From positions 2,217 to 66,216 of the forward strand of contig CAYRVF010000001.1 of the NCBI GenBank assembly GCA_964427535.1: a stretch of DNA of 64,000 bases, read 5' to 3'. Positions within the stretch are counted from its first letter, which is position 1. Every line of letters starts with the position of its first letter. This document shows positions 28,664 through 38,536 of the stretch, piece after piece. The translations under genes were made by a program, and so were the position numbers. The stretch is from an uncultured Ktedonobacterales bacterium. GTDB taxonomy: Bacteria > Chloroflexota > Ktedonobacteria > Ktedonobacterales > JADMIN01. The notes beneath the pieces were generated by a model. It made no database searches. It saw nothing but the letters and a program-made list of their open reading frames with translations, and was not told the origin of the DNA.

Positions 28664-30087
28664 GCACGGCACACGAGTCGGTCATGCCGGCCTCTGCACA
28701 GCACACTCCCGTCTCGGTCGTTTTCCTGACGGGCCAGTTCCACCCCGTGCAAGGTGGATCTGAAGTGGCCGCGTTGCGCGAGGCCAAGGCGCTACGGGCC
28801 CGAGGCCACGACGTGCGGGTGGTCACGCTGCGCTGGAAGACGAGCTGGCCTCGGGATGACGTGATTGAGGGCGTGCCCGTGCGCCGTATTGGTGGATTGT
28901 TCCTCCGCGGCCGATTGCGCTCGCGCTTCGGGGCGAAGTGGCTGGTGGAGGCGCTATTGTGGCTCGAGCTGGTGCGCAGCCGCGACTCATATGATGTGAT
29001 GCATCTGCGTATGCTGCGCGAATTGGCGCGCCCTGCCCTGCTTGCCGCACGTCTGGCTCGCAAGCCTGTGATCGCCCGTGTTGCGAACTCCGGTCGTGGG
29101 CCTGATCGACCGGTTCGCCGCGATCAGCCATTTCGCCTGTTCGCCGGCGATCTCGATCCGCGATCCCCTTTTCTGGTGTGCCGGGACATGTCGCGTAACG
29201 GTGACCTCGACGATCTGCGCCACTCACAGTGGCTCGCCGGCCTAACATTGCGCCTGCTAAGGCATCGGCGGGTGACGTTCATGGCGACGAGCGCGCGCAT
29301 CCGCTCCGATCTCATTCGCTACGGCTTCCGACCGGAAAAGATCGCGGTGCTGCCGACCTGCGTTGATCTCGACGCGTTTCAAGAGACCGCCCAGCGCGTG
29401 CGCACGCGTGCCGCCGCGGATGGTGCGCCCGTCGTGCTCTGCGTCGGACACTACCGGTACGAGAAGGGTTTGGACATCCTGCTGCACGCGTGGAGACACG
29501 TGCATGCGCGCGTTCCGGGGGTTCAGCTCGTGCTTGCGGGCCAGGGACAGCTGGAGCCGCAGCTGCGGGAGATGTGTGCGGCGCTGCGGCTCAACGACTG
29601 TGTTCGGTTTGCCGGCATGATCTATGACGTCCGCTCGGTGCTGGCCGAGGCGGATGTCTTCGTGTTGCCATCACGGTATGAGGGGCTGTCGAATGCGCTG
29701 CTCGAGGCGATGGCGTCGAGCTTGCCCTGCGTCGCGACGCGCGTGAGCGGCAGCGAGGACGTCATCGTCGACGGCGAGAACGGCCTGCTCGTCCCGTCCG
29801 AAGATCCAGATGCCCTCGCGTCCGCACTGCTAGCACTGTTGACGGATCGGGAGCGCGCGCGAGCAATCGGCGAGGCCGGCTGGCGGCGCATCGCTCAGTC
29901 GTACAACCAGCCACAGATGACGGAGCGTCTGGGACGCCTGTACGCAGCAGTCACTTCAGGCGGCGCTGCCGATAGCTATGTGGACCCCCAACCGGCGCCA
30001 CTCCTTTCCACGGTGTCACCACGTCCGAAACGGGCGATGATGCGAGGTGAACTACGCACCTATCAGCACGAGGGTTCCAGTCGATAG
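28660..30087 (+). CDS. GT4-family glycosyltransferase
   Basis: The start overlaps the epimerase stop (ATGA). C-terminal EGLSNALLEAMASSLPCVATRVSGSEDVIVDGENGLLV (E-x7-E region). Confidence 0.85.
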   Translation: MSTAHESVMPASAQHTPVSVVFLTGQFHPVQGGSEVAALREAKALRARGHDVRVVTLRWKTSWPRDDVIEGVPVRRIGGLFLRGRLRSRFGAKWLVEALLWLELVRSRDSYDVMHLRMLRELARPALLAARLARKPVIARVANSGRGPDRPVRRDQPFRLFAGDLDPRSPFLVCRDMSRNGDLDDLRHSQWLAGLTLRLLRHRRVTFMATSARIRSDLIRYGFRPEKIAVLPTCVDLDAFQETAQRVRTRAAADGAPVVLCVGHYRYEKGLDILLHAWRHVHARVPGVQLVLAGQGQLEPQLREMCAALRLNDCVRFAGMIYDVRSVLAEADVFVLPSRYEGLSNALLEAMASSLPCVATRVSGSEDVIVDGENGLLVPSEDPDALASALLALLTDRERARAIGEAGWRRIAQSYNQPQMTERLGRLYAAVTSGGAADSYVDPQPAPLLSTVSPRPKRAMMRGELRTYQHEGSSR

Positions 30088-30109
30088 AGCACGCAAGAGA
30101 GGTGCAATC

Positions 30110-32044
30110 ATGTGCGGCATAGCTGGATTCGTGAACCTCGATCTGGATCCGGAGGCCGAGGGCGCTCTGCTTCGCCAGATGACCGACATCATTCGCCATC
30201 GCGGCCCCGATGACGACGGGCACTGGCTGGGCGATGGTGCCGCACTGGGGATGCGCCGTCTCAGTATTATCGACCTGAGCGGAGGAAAACAGCCGATCGC
30301 GAATGAGGACGGCTCGGTTATTGCCGTCTTCAACGGTGAGATTTACAACTACCGCGAGCTCCGCCGCGAGTTGGAGACAGAGGGCCACACCTTCGCGACC
30401 AATAGCGACACCGAGACAATCGTCCATGCGTATGAGGATGACGGTGTCGCGTTTGTGCGCCGGTTGCGCGGGATGTTTGCTATCGCCCTGTGGGATCGGC
30501 GGCGCAGGCGTCTGGTCCTGACGCGCGATCGCTTTGGCAAGAAACCGATCCACTACATCTGCGATGACCACCGCCTCATCTTTGGGTCCGAGATCAAGTC
30601 GCTGCTGCTGGCGCCAGATGTGCCGAGGGAGCTCGATCCGGCCGCGGTGAGCCAGTATTTCACGTTTGGTTACATCTCCGCGCCCCACACGGCCTTTGCG
30701 GACATCCATAAGCTGCCGGCCGCCCACACGCTGGTATTCGAGGACGGCCGCGCCACCCTCCAGCGCTACTGGCAGCTCGACTTTACGCCGCGCTGCACCG
30801 ATGACGAAGCGACCGCAGCGCATAAGGTGCGGGAACTGCTGACCGAGGCCGTGCGTATCCGATTGATCAGCGACGTTCCGCTGGGCGCGTTTCTGAGTGG
30901 CGGCGTGGATTCAAGCGCTGTGGTGGCACTCATGTGTGAGGTCGCCGGGGAGCGGGTCAAGACGTTTTCGATTGGCTTCGAAGAAGCGGATTATAGCGAG
31001 CTGGAGTACGCCCGACTGATCGCCAAGCGCTACGACACCGACCATCGCGAGTTTATTGTGCGGATGGACCTGCTCGACGTTCTGCCACGGCTGGTGTGGG
31101 CATTCGATGAGCCATTTGCCGATGCCTCGATGATACCCACGTACTACGTGTCGAAGCTCGCGCGCGAGCACGTGACGGTAGCGCTTTCAGGCGATGGCGG
31201 TGACGAGCTGTTTGGGGGCTACAATAGCTACACCCAGGCGATGCGGGAGAACCGCATGAGCGAGCGTCTGGGGCCAATGCGCACGTTGGGACCGCTCATC
31301 TCATCCCTGCTCCCCGAAGGCACGAGGGGGAAGAACCGCTTGCGCCGGTTAAATCTGTCGCCCGAGATGCGGTGCGTGGAGGCCGGGTCCATCTACTCGA
31401 CCACACGGCGCGAACGCATCCTGCAACCAGAGTTTCTGCGCGCATACATCGATCCCTGGGGCGGGCACCTGGATCGCTTCGCCGAAGTGTCCGATCTCGA
31501 CTTCTTTACGCAGATGCAGCACGTGCATGTGGAAGAGTACCTCCCCTATGACATCCTGGTCAAAGTGGATAAGGCCAGTATGTATACGTCACTGGAGACG
31601 CGCGCGCCCATCCTCGATCATGTGCTGGCCGAGTATGTCGCGTCCTTGCCCCATAGCGTGCGCAACCTGGGCGGACACCAGAAATATCTTTTCAAGCGCG
31701 CCGTGCGCGATGTGCTACCCGACGAGAATCTGACGCGGCGCAAGATGGGTTTTGGTCTTCCCGTCGAACACTGGTTGCGCGGTGAGTTGAACGAGCTCGT
31801 CTGGGATTTGCTCACTAGTCAGCAAGCCAGGAATCGCGGCGTCATCGATACGCGGCAGGTGGAGCGCATGCTGCTCGAACACCAGCGCCATACCTACGAC
31901 CACAGTCGGCGCATCTGGGCGTGGCTCTGCTTTGAACTCTGGTGTCGCGTCTATCTCGATCGCAGCGAGCAACCAGCAGCGTCCGTGGAGCAGCTATCCG
32001 GGTACGACCGCACGCTCGCCGAGGTCGCCTCACCGCTCAGATGA
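30110..32044 (+). CDS. Asparagine-synthase-family glutamine amidotransferase (AsnB/WbpS-like), copy 1
   Basis: Ntn start MCGIAGF, PP-loop FLSGGVDSSAVV, 644 aa. The start is set at ATG 30110, preceded by GAGAGG. Confidence 0.9.
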   Translation: MCGIAGFVNLDLDPEAEGALLRQMTDIIRHRGPDDDGHWLGDGAALGMRRLSIIDLSGGKQPIANEDGSVIAVFNGEIYNYRELRRELETEGHTFATNSDTETIVHAYEDDGVAFVRRLRGMFAIALWDRRRRRLVLTRDRFGKKPIHYICDDHRLIFGSEIKSLLLAPDVPRELDPAAVSQYFTFGYISAPHTAFADIHKLPAAHTLVFEDGRATLQRYWQLDFTPRCTDDEATAAHKVRELLTEAVRIRLISDVPLGAFLSGGVDSSAVVALMCEVAGERVKTFSIGFEEADYSELEYARLIAKRYDTDHREFIVRMDLLDVLPRLVWAFDEPFADASMIPTYYVSKLAREHVTVALSGDGGDELFGGYNSYTQAMRENRMSERLGPMRTLGPLISSLLPEGTRGKNRLRRLNLSPEMRCVEAGSIYSTTRRERILQPEFLRAYIDPWGGHLDRFAEVSDLDFFTQMQHVHVEEYLPYDILVKVDKASMYTSLETRAPILDHVLAEYVASLPHSVRNLGGHQKYLFKRAVRDVLPDENLTRRKMGFGLPVEHWLRGELNELVWDLLTSQQARNRGVIDTRQVERMLLEHQRHTYDHSRRIWAWLCFELWCRVYLDRSEQPAASVEQLSGYDRTLAEVASPLR

Positions 32045-32112
32045 GGGGGACGACGGCGTCTCACGGGACGCGACAGCGATCGATGCCCGCGAGAGTGTGA
32101 GGAGGCTGGCGT

Positions 32113-33789
32113 ATGCGTCAGCATCGACATCTTCAGGCGCGACCGGGCGCACTCCATGGTGTGATCGAGCGCGCGCGACGCCAAATCGAGCGGTTACACC
32201 CCGCCCTCCTCATGGGAGTGGTAGGCGTCATCGTGATCACGCTGCTCGCCTCTGTCGCGGGGATCCAGAGCCACGTGGCGGCTAGCGACCAGCAGGCATC
32301 CGGCAGGCCGGGCGCACAAGGGACTCCGGTCACCTCCAACCCGCAAGACGCACACAGCTCGGCTATTGCGCGTGAGAATGCCAATGTCGGCACCAATGCC
32401 TGGCTCATCTCGCCGGAACAAACGGCGAGGAATCAGATCCAAGCGTACGCAAGCGCCACATCGGTGCTACCGGGTCAGCGGTTGACCTTCCACGTGAGCG
32501 TGCAACAGGACGGCATGCCCTACTCCATCGATGTGTACCGGCTGGGATGGTATGGCGGACTGGGTGGCCGACTCATGCTGGACGTTCAGCAGCGGGTAGG
32601 TCATGCGCAGGGCTACTACGATGCGGGCACGCACACACTGGTCGGCTGTTCGTCCTGCACTGTGGATCAGAGCGTTGGTCTGGTGGAGGCGCATTGGCAG
32701 CCCTCCTACGTCCTCACGGTACCCACAAGTTGGACGACGGGAGTCTATGAGGCGAAATTTACCGACGCAAATGACAAACAGACGTCCGTGTCGTTCGACG
32801 TGGCGGGGAGCTCGCGTTCCACGTACCTGGCCATCACTGCGGTGGCAACCGAGGCGGCATACAATACGTGGGGCGGGTATAGCCTCTACGTGGGTCCCGA
32901 TGACACATACGGATCGCGAGCGTTCAAGGTCTCCCTGAACCGGCCAACCGCTGGTGTGGACTCGACAGAAGGGCTGAATTTTGAGATCGACACCATCCGC
33001 TGGCTGGAGCGGATGGGCTATGACGTCACCTACACAAGCGGCGTCGATCTGCACGAACATCCCGAGCAGCTCCGGACGCATCGGGCGGTGCTGATCCTCG
33101 GACACAGCGAGCACTGGTCCAAGGAGATGCGCGATGGCGTCGAAGCAGCGCGCGACGCGGGCGTCGGTCTGGCATTCCTGGGTGGTGGCGACGTCCACAT
33201 GCAGATTCGCTTCGAGCCAGCGGGCGACGGCACACCGGATCGGACGATCGTGGGCTATAGGGATGCCGCGCTCGATCCTCTGAATGGTGTGGATAACGCT
33301 CGCGTCACCGTGGAATGGCGCAGCCCCCCTGTCTCCCGACCGGAGAACGCACTCACGGGACTCATGTATTCCTCGTATACACAATCGCCGTCGGGATTTC
33401 CGTGGCAATTGAGCAGTTGGGCGCGCTCTCCTCTGTTAGAGGGAACAGGACTGCAGCGCGGGCAGTCGTACGGTTGTGATATCGTCGGCTACGTGTGGGA
33501 TGAGGAGTCCGACCACAATGGCGCCACTCCTGCCGGACTCAATGATCTTGGCGCATCGCCGACACGGACTTTTCTCGGCACAACTGACGCCGGGGACACA
33601 ACATATTACGTTGCCAGCTCGGGAGCCTTGGTCTTCGATGCCGGGACGGTCAACTGGGGCTACGCGCTGGATAGCTTCCGTCTCGTGCCGCCGAATGACT
33701 GCAGCGGTCAAACCGCGCCGGTGCCGGGATTGCAGAAACTCATGTCGAACGTCATGGCGGCACTCATCGTCAAGCAGAGCCATCCCTAA
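32113..33789 (+). CDS. Membrane-anchored exported protein of the N,N-dimethylformamidase beta-subunit-like (DUF6605) family
   Basis: GAGGAGG RBS and an N-terminal TM helix (LLMGVVGVIVITLLASVAG). Strings IQAYASATSVLPGQRLTFHVS..IDVYRLGWYGGLGGR and AAYNTWGGYSLYVGPDD..RAFKVSLNRP are recalled from that family. Confidence 0.6.
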   Translation: MRQHRHLQARPGALHGVIERARRQIERLHPALLMGVVGVIVITLLASVAGIQSHVAASDQQASGRPGAQGTPVTSNPQDAHSSAIARENANVGTNAWLISPEQTARNQIQAYASATSVLPGQRLTFHVSVQQDGMPYSIDVYRLGWYGGLGGRLMLDVQQRVGHAQGYYDAGTHTLVGCSSCTVDQSVGLVEAHWQPSYVLTVPTSWTTGVYEAKFTDANDKQTSVSFDVAGSSRSTYLAITAVATEAAYNTWGGYSLYVGPDDTYGSRAFKVSLNRPTAGVDSTEGLNFEIDTIRWLERMGYDVTYTSGVDLHEHPEQLRTHRAVLILGHSEHWSKEMRDGVEAARDAGVGLAFLGGGDVHMQIRFEPAGDGTPDRTIVGYRDAALDPLNGVDNARVTVEWRSPPVSRPENALTGLMYSSYTQSPSGFPWQLSSWARSPLLEGTGLQRGQSYGCDIVGYVWDEESDHNGATPAGLNDLGASPTRTFLGTTDAGDTTYYVASSGALVFDAGTVNWGYALDSFRLVPPNDCSGQTAPVPGLQKLMSNVMAALIVKQSHP

Positions 33790-33851
33790 CACGCCTACCG
33801 TACTGCGCGAGGTGAGCCATCCCGAGCCGCTTCGCCCATTCGCCTTGAGTT

Positions 33852-35168
33852 TCACCCATTGGCGTTGAGACGAACGCGGAAATACACGATAGAGCCGTTC
33901 GATTGGTAGTGGCCGTCGACGTAGTCGGCGAGGGCTGTGCCAGTGCGTGGCGCGGCGATACGGAAGGACCCTGTCCCTTCCAGGCTGTGGGAGCCAAGGC
34001 TCAGATCCACCGGTGTGCCGAGCCGGGTGCCATCTGTGTCGCCGTTGGCCGTCGGCACCACACGCAGCGCGTTGCCGCTCATGCTTATCAGGTAGAAGCG
34101 CCCGGCCGTATCCTGGATGAGCCGCGCCTTGTAATTGTCCAGCACGTCGTCCTGGACATTCACGTCTTTGACCACCACGCCTCCCTGGAGGATGGCATGG
34201 TGCAAGCCGCCGTCGGCCTCGTCCACATAGAGAACGTGCAGTCGTCCCAGTGTATCCAGGTACGCATCGATCGGGAACACGATGATGTTGACATCCTCGC
34301 CGGTGGTGCTCGGTGTGCACGGCTCTTGCGCGAGGAGCGTCTGGCTCAACTCGCCACTCGGCGTGAAAGCGTTGGCTAGATGGAACACTCGCGCAGTGTC
34401 AAAGACGAAGGTATGACCGTGGGCGCTGCAGCCTATCTCAGACTGCAGCACGTCACGCACGGCGACGATGCTGAGATCGTTGTTCGAGCCGAGCAGGTAG
34501 AAACCATATGTGTAGCGGTACGGGATCTGTTGTTTGGCGTACGTCCACGTCCCCATAGCCGGGTTGTACACGGCCAGGTAGAATTGGCCGGGCACGTCGT
34601 CACCAGTCTGCGCCGCTACTATCGTCCCTTGCGCATTGGCATCGACACCCGCGTAGCCCTGGCCGCCGTCCCACGTACCAGGCAGGATGGTCGTCGAGAA
34701 CGATGTGCCTCCGTCAGTTGAGACCACATCGGAGAATTTCCCGTTCACATATGGGAACACGTGGATGGCGTCGTGCGCTCCCCGCACAATGTTCGTCGGC
34801 TCCAACCCCGCCCGCCCCTGATACACGAGCGTCCACGTGCCAGTGGAGCTCGACCGTTTCATCACATGATAGTTGCCGTCCTGCGCGTTGTAGACGAGGT
34901 ACACGTCGCCATTGGACAACCGGATGATACGGCTCTTGTGCTGCCCCCAATAGTCGGCGAAGCCAGTCGTCACATCGGTGGCAACCACCTCCAGGCGCTC
35001 CAGCGACGGGGACGGAGCGGGCGCGGGACGCTCTAATGTCGGGGTCGGAGCTGGTGTTGGTATCACCACGACCCTGCTGCTCCTGGCGCACCCGCCCAGC
35101 AGGGTCGCCAGGAGGCTCGTCACGAGAAGCGCAAGTATTGCCATGCGTGTGCGCAGAGCATGCGGCAT
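33852..35168 (-). CDS. Putative lipoprotein, beta-propeller/BNR (Asp-box)-containing
   Basis: With the start at ATG 35168 the N-terminus MPHALRTRMAILALLVTSLLATLLGGC carries a lipobox. One Asp-box-like VSTDGGTSF is present. The protein is Thr/Gly/Tyr-rich and beta-type. The track start at 35405 is unlikely. Confidence 0.55.
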   Translation of the reverse strand: MPHALRTRMAILALLVTSLLATLLGGCARSSRVVVIPTPAPTPTLERPAPAPSPSLERLEVVATDVTTGFADYWGQHKSRIIRLSNGDVYLVYNAQDGNYHVMKRSSSTGTWTLVYQGRAGLEPTNIVRGAHDAIHVFPYVNGKFSDVVSTDGGTSFSTTILPGTWDGGQGYAGVDANAQGTIVAAQTGDDVPGQFYLAVYNPAMGTWTYAKQQIPYRYTYGFYLLGSNNDLSIVAVRDVLQSEIGCSAHGHTFVFDTARVFHLANAFTPSGELSQTLLAQEPCTPSTTGEDVNIIVFPIDAYLDTLGRLHVLYVDEADGGLHHAILQGGVVVKDVNVQDDVLDNYKARLIQDTAGRFYLISMSGNALRVVPTANGDTDGTRLGTPVDLSLGSHSLEGTGSFRIAAPRTGTALADYVDGHYQSNGSIVYFRVRLNANG

Positions 35169-35996
35169 GTGCCAGGCCGGGAGCAGTGAATGGAGTCTGG
35201 CAGCGGTGAATATGGGGCGAGTGGCACCCTTGCCGTGAGAGCGCCGGCGCCCTCTCTCGGGGCGGGTGAAAGCTTGTCGTGTTCCGATCAGACCTGGCCT
35301 TGGGGCAGAACGGCTCCAGGAGACCATGCCATCCACGTTCCGCGCATCACTGGATTGTTGATCAGCGGATCGAATCCGGTAATGATCATCCGCATGTCTG
35401 CTCATGGCTCCTCCAGTGACGCCTAGAACCCCAAGCAGACAGCTGGTGGATGCTTTCCCGCCTCGTCAGGTATCACCATTAGCCGTAGCATCTCGCCGCG
35501 AGTGTGCCGCACACTAGTGGTGCGGTGCGCCGACCCACCGCCAAAAAGAGGCTTCAAGGTGTGGTGGCTGTCCTTGGCCATCAGCCGTCCCAGTGTCCGC
35601 ACAGTCCACTTCCAGCAGCACGATCTGCACTCGCCGGCGTGCTTGCTCGGCCATCAAGACGGCGACATCCTCTTCGAGCGTCATGCCTCTACGGTACACC
35701 ATGGCGCGTCCATCTGAGTAGATAGTACGCTGGAGGGTTAGGGCGTGTTATCAATCGTGCGGCGTTAAGTCGACTGTGGGCCGCCGTGTGCAGATGTGAC
35801 GTGCGGCCAGGCTCTCGGGATGGCGGCCCAGCAGCGGCGGGTAAACCGTGCGGAGGATAGCGTGTGGGGGCCGCTCCAACGGTGGCGGTCCGGAGACGGC
35901 GAGCCACTACGTCCTACAGGAGATTGGACAATCCGACATGGCAGTGCTCGGCTATGTAGGCGACGTAGGCGAAAGCCACCGCCGCAGGACTCCCCA

Positions 35997-36029
35997 TCAA
36001 CGCTCAGTCAACGCTCAATCAACGCTCAG
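35997..36029. repeat. 11-bp tandem repeat x3 (TCAACGCTCAG / TCAACGCTCAA / TCAACGCTCAG)
   Basis: Read directly, in the 740-nt intergenic region between the lipoprotein and methyltransferase genes. Confidence 0.6.
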
Positions 36030-36145
36030 AGTGCGGCCGGATAGCGCCACGCACGCACTGCGACCGCACTGGGGTCATCGCGGCCCGATGGAGCCGCCAA
36101 CCGATGGGAAGCAAAGCGGCCGCTCTCATATCTCCCTCGCGGCGC

Positions 36146-37000
36146 TCATGTCGACAGCCTAGCCAGGACAAGGTAGGCAATGCCCGTAGAGCGTATCACG
36201 GGGACGTTTTGATCGGCTAGGCGCTGTAGTATATGGTGGACCGAAAGTGCGAGCCGATTGGGTAGAACGTTATGGCTGAGGAAGGTGAACGGCGCGAACC
36301 CGAGAGTCTTGCTCCTGACCTTTGTCATGCCGACATCCCCTAGCGCTCCATCAATGAAACGGCGCCGGTGGTAGACCAACTTTGGCAACTGCTCAGGCAA
36401 TCCAACCTGGAACCCAATCCGCCTGAGGACTGCTCTCACACGCCGCCTGAGGGGGGCGAGTGATGGATTGAGACGTGGGTCGAGCAGTGCGGGCAGCCCT
36501 ATCCAATTAGAGGTCGTCAGGCGGACATGTCCCTCTGGTTTGGTCACGCGAGCCATCTCTCGTAGTGCCGGTTCTGCATGTGCCAGCCAGGGAAAGACCC
36601 CAATCGCCAGCACGAGGTCAAAGAAGTCGTCTGCGTACGTCAGATCGTAGACATCACCAACCTCCACGTTGATCTGGCAGTCGCGTCCGGCCTGGGCCAC
36701 GTTTTCACGCGCTTGCTGCACCATCGCGTCACTGACATCAATCGCCTGAACACGCAATCCCCGCTCCGCGAGTGCAATGGCCATCAAGCCCGCACCGCAG
36801 CCAATCTCGAGGACCTGCGAACCTGGCGCAAGAGCGAGGCTATCGATCCAGTCGAGCACCGCCGCGCTGCGTGCTCGCATCGTCTCGGCATACGCACTCT
36901 GGCTGCTGTACAGATCATTCCAATGCGACGACTGGGATTGGAACTGAGCGGTCACTTTTGCTTGATATTCCTCACGGGCATCATCAACCACACTCTTCAT
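36146..37000 (-). CDS. Class I SAM-dependent methyltransferase (paralog A)
   Basis: Motif I VLEIGCGAGLMAIALAERGLRVQAIDVS. Clearly paralogous along its length to the ORF at 41834..42718. Confidence 0.85.
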   Translation of the reverse strand: MKSVVDDAREEYQAKVTAQFQSQSSHWNDLYSSQSAYAETMRARSAAVLDWIDSLALAPGSQVLEIGCGAGLMAIALAERGLRVQAIDVSDAMVQQARENVAQAGRDCQINVEVGDVYDLTYADDFFDLVLAIGVFPWLAHAEPALREMARVTKPEGHVRLTTSNWIGLPALLDPRLNPSLAPLRRRVRAVLRRIGFQVGLPEQLPKLVYHRRRFIDGALGDVGMTKVRSKTLGFAPFTFLSHNVLPNRLALSVHHILQRLADQNVPVIRSTGIAYLVLARLST

Positions 37001-37471
37001 CGCGAATCCTCCGCGCTCTTCTCATGTGCCACACGCTCCCGTGATGGGAGTGATGAGTGGCAAGGGCCACCTCTGGATTCAAGTTGTCCTGGATGCAAAC
37101 CAGAGTGCCAAATTCAAGCAGCGTCGTTGCAGCCAACCAGTGATTTTCATTGACTGCCTCTGGCTGCATGCACCCTCGCACCAGGCTCTATGTCCACAAC
37201 ACGCTTTCAGCATATGTGTCCGGGTGTCGAATTACCCCAGGGGAATCCCTAGCCTTGTGCAGGCGATCCGCTGATGGAGACGCGCAAAGAACTGCACCCA
37301 GCGTGCACCTGGTTGCTGCGGACTCAGACTGTGCCATGCGATGGACCTGTTCAGTGTGCACCCTCGTGGCGTCATGCGAAGACCAGCCATTCGCTCATGC
37401 GTGCCCAAGGTGGGCATGCCCTATCGACGCATGCGGTCGGCGCTGACGACGAGCACGCTTTCCACACGTAG

Positions 37472-37505
37472 CGGCCCCACCGGCGGCGCGCCGCCGGTGG
37501 GGCCG
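37472..37505. promoter_or_regulatory. Perfect 34-bp GC-rich palindrome CGGCCCCACCGGCGGCG|CGCCGCCGGTGGGGCCG
   Basis: All 17 base pairs were checked by hand. It lies 184 nt upstream of the comA-like start and is followed by TAATGTCTTTG. Confidence 0.5.
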
Positions 37506-37688
37506 TAATGTCTTTGCGGAGCACGCCGACTTTGCTCTCTCAGGCGCATCGATCCGCTTAGGGCCAGGGCTCGACGATAACGCCGCGCAGGCGGTGATAG
37601 ATGCGTGTCCCTTGCCTGTGTGGGGCAGTTCACCCATTCAACTGCGCCAAGAAACGTGTCTACATTGGGGTACGAAGAGGAAGCAGAA

Positions 37689-38522
37689 ATGGAGGGTTGC
37701 GAGATGCGCGACGGTCACAATCACCTGAGCACACAGGAATACCTGCACTTGATCGGCGTGGCAGAGCTGCCACCGTTGATATGTCCATTCGATCCAGGCT
37801 ATGACCCCGTGACGGTGGAGAGCCATCTCGAGCAGAGTGCCCACCTGATGACCTCGCTGAAAATCTCGATGGCATGCTGGCTAGTTGCTGATGAACGAGC
37901 TACCCGCCGGAAGATCGCAGCGGCACGAGCTCACAATGTGCCGGCGGTGACCGGGGGGACCCCACTCGAGATCGCTGTGGTTCAGGGACAACTGGAGGCA
38001 TATCTTGACCTCTGCGCGGACCTGGGGATCTCACGGATCGAATGTGCGGAAGGCTTCACCACCCTGCCTATGGAACCCCGGGTGATCGTGCAGATGGCCC
38101 GTGAGCGAGGACTCACTGTCCAGTACGAGATGGGCAAGAAGCATGAAGGGCCCTTCACCACGGACTCCCTCAATGAGGCCATCGCACGAGGGAAGGCATG
38201 GCTGGATGGCGGGGCAGTACAGCTTGTCGTCGAGGCCCGCGAGAGCGCACGCGGGATTGGGGCATTCGGGGACGACGGATCCCTCAACACGGATGTTGCG
38301 GACCGCTTCGCCGAGGAATTCGGCCTTGATGTCGCCATGTTCGAGGCTCCCAATAAACCGAGCCAGTTTGCATTCCTCGATCACTTCGGACCGCACGTCC
38401 AGCTCTGCAACGTGCGCCTGGAGGAACTGCTGCGTGTCGAGATCTACCGCCGCGGCCTCCATGCGGACGCGTTCGAGAAACCCAAGCTGCGGCCGGCATA
38501 CATGGTGCGCGAGCCTGCATAG
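37689..38522 (+). CDS. comA: (2R)-phospho-3-sulfolactate synthase family protein (ComA/YitD-like)
   Basis: LKISMACW.., GGTPLEIA, IECAEGF, VVEARESARGIG and MFEAPNKPSQFAFLDHFGPHVQLCNV..LRVEIYRRGLHADAF parallel the conserved blocks of ComA/YitD as I recall them. The start is set at ATG 37689, after GAGGAAGCAGAA. Confidence 0.8.
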   Translation: MEGCEMRDGHNHLSTQEYLHLIGVAELPPLICPFDPGYDPVTVESHLEQSAHLMTSLKISMACWLVADERATRRKIAAARAHNVPAVTGGTPLEIAVVQGQLEAYLDLCADLGISRIECAEGFTTLPMEPRVIVQMARERGLTVQYEMGKKHEGPFTTDSLNEAIARGKAWLDGGAVQLVVEARESARGIGAFGDDGSLNTDVADRFAEEFGLDVAMFEAPNKPSQFAFLDHFGPHVQLCNVRLEELLRVEIYRRGLHADAFEKPKLRPAYMVREPA

Positions 38523-38536
38523 AACGGGAGCTGGTC

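Noticed and set aside
35514-35702. 62-aa minus-strand ORF (MVYRRGMTLEEDVAVLMAEQARRR..) that looked faintly like an antitoxin or gene remnant
   Set aside because: It has no partner toxin ORF and no clear RBS, and the similarity is impressionistic only. It could be a pseudogene fragment, but I cannot support a call.
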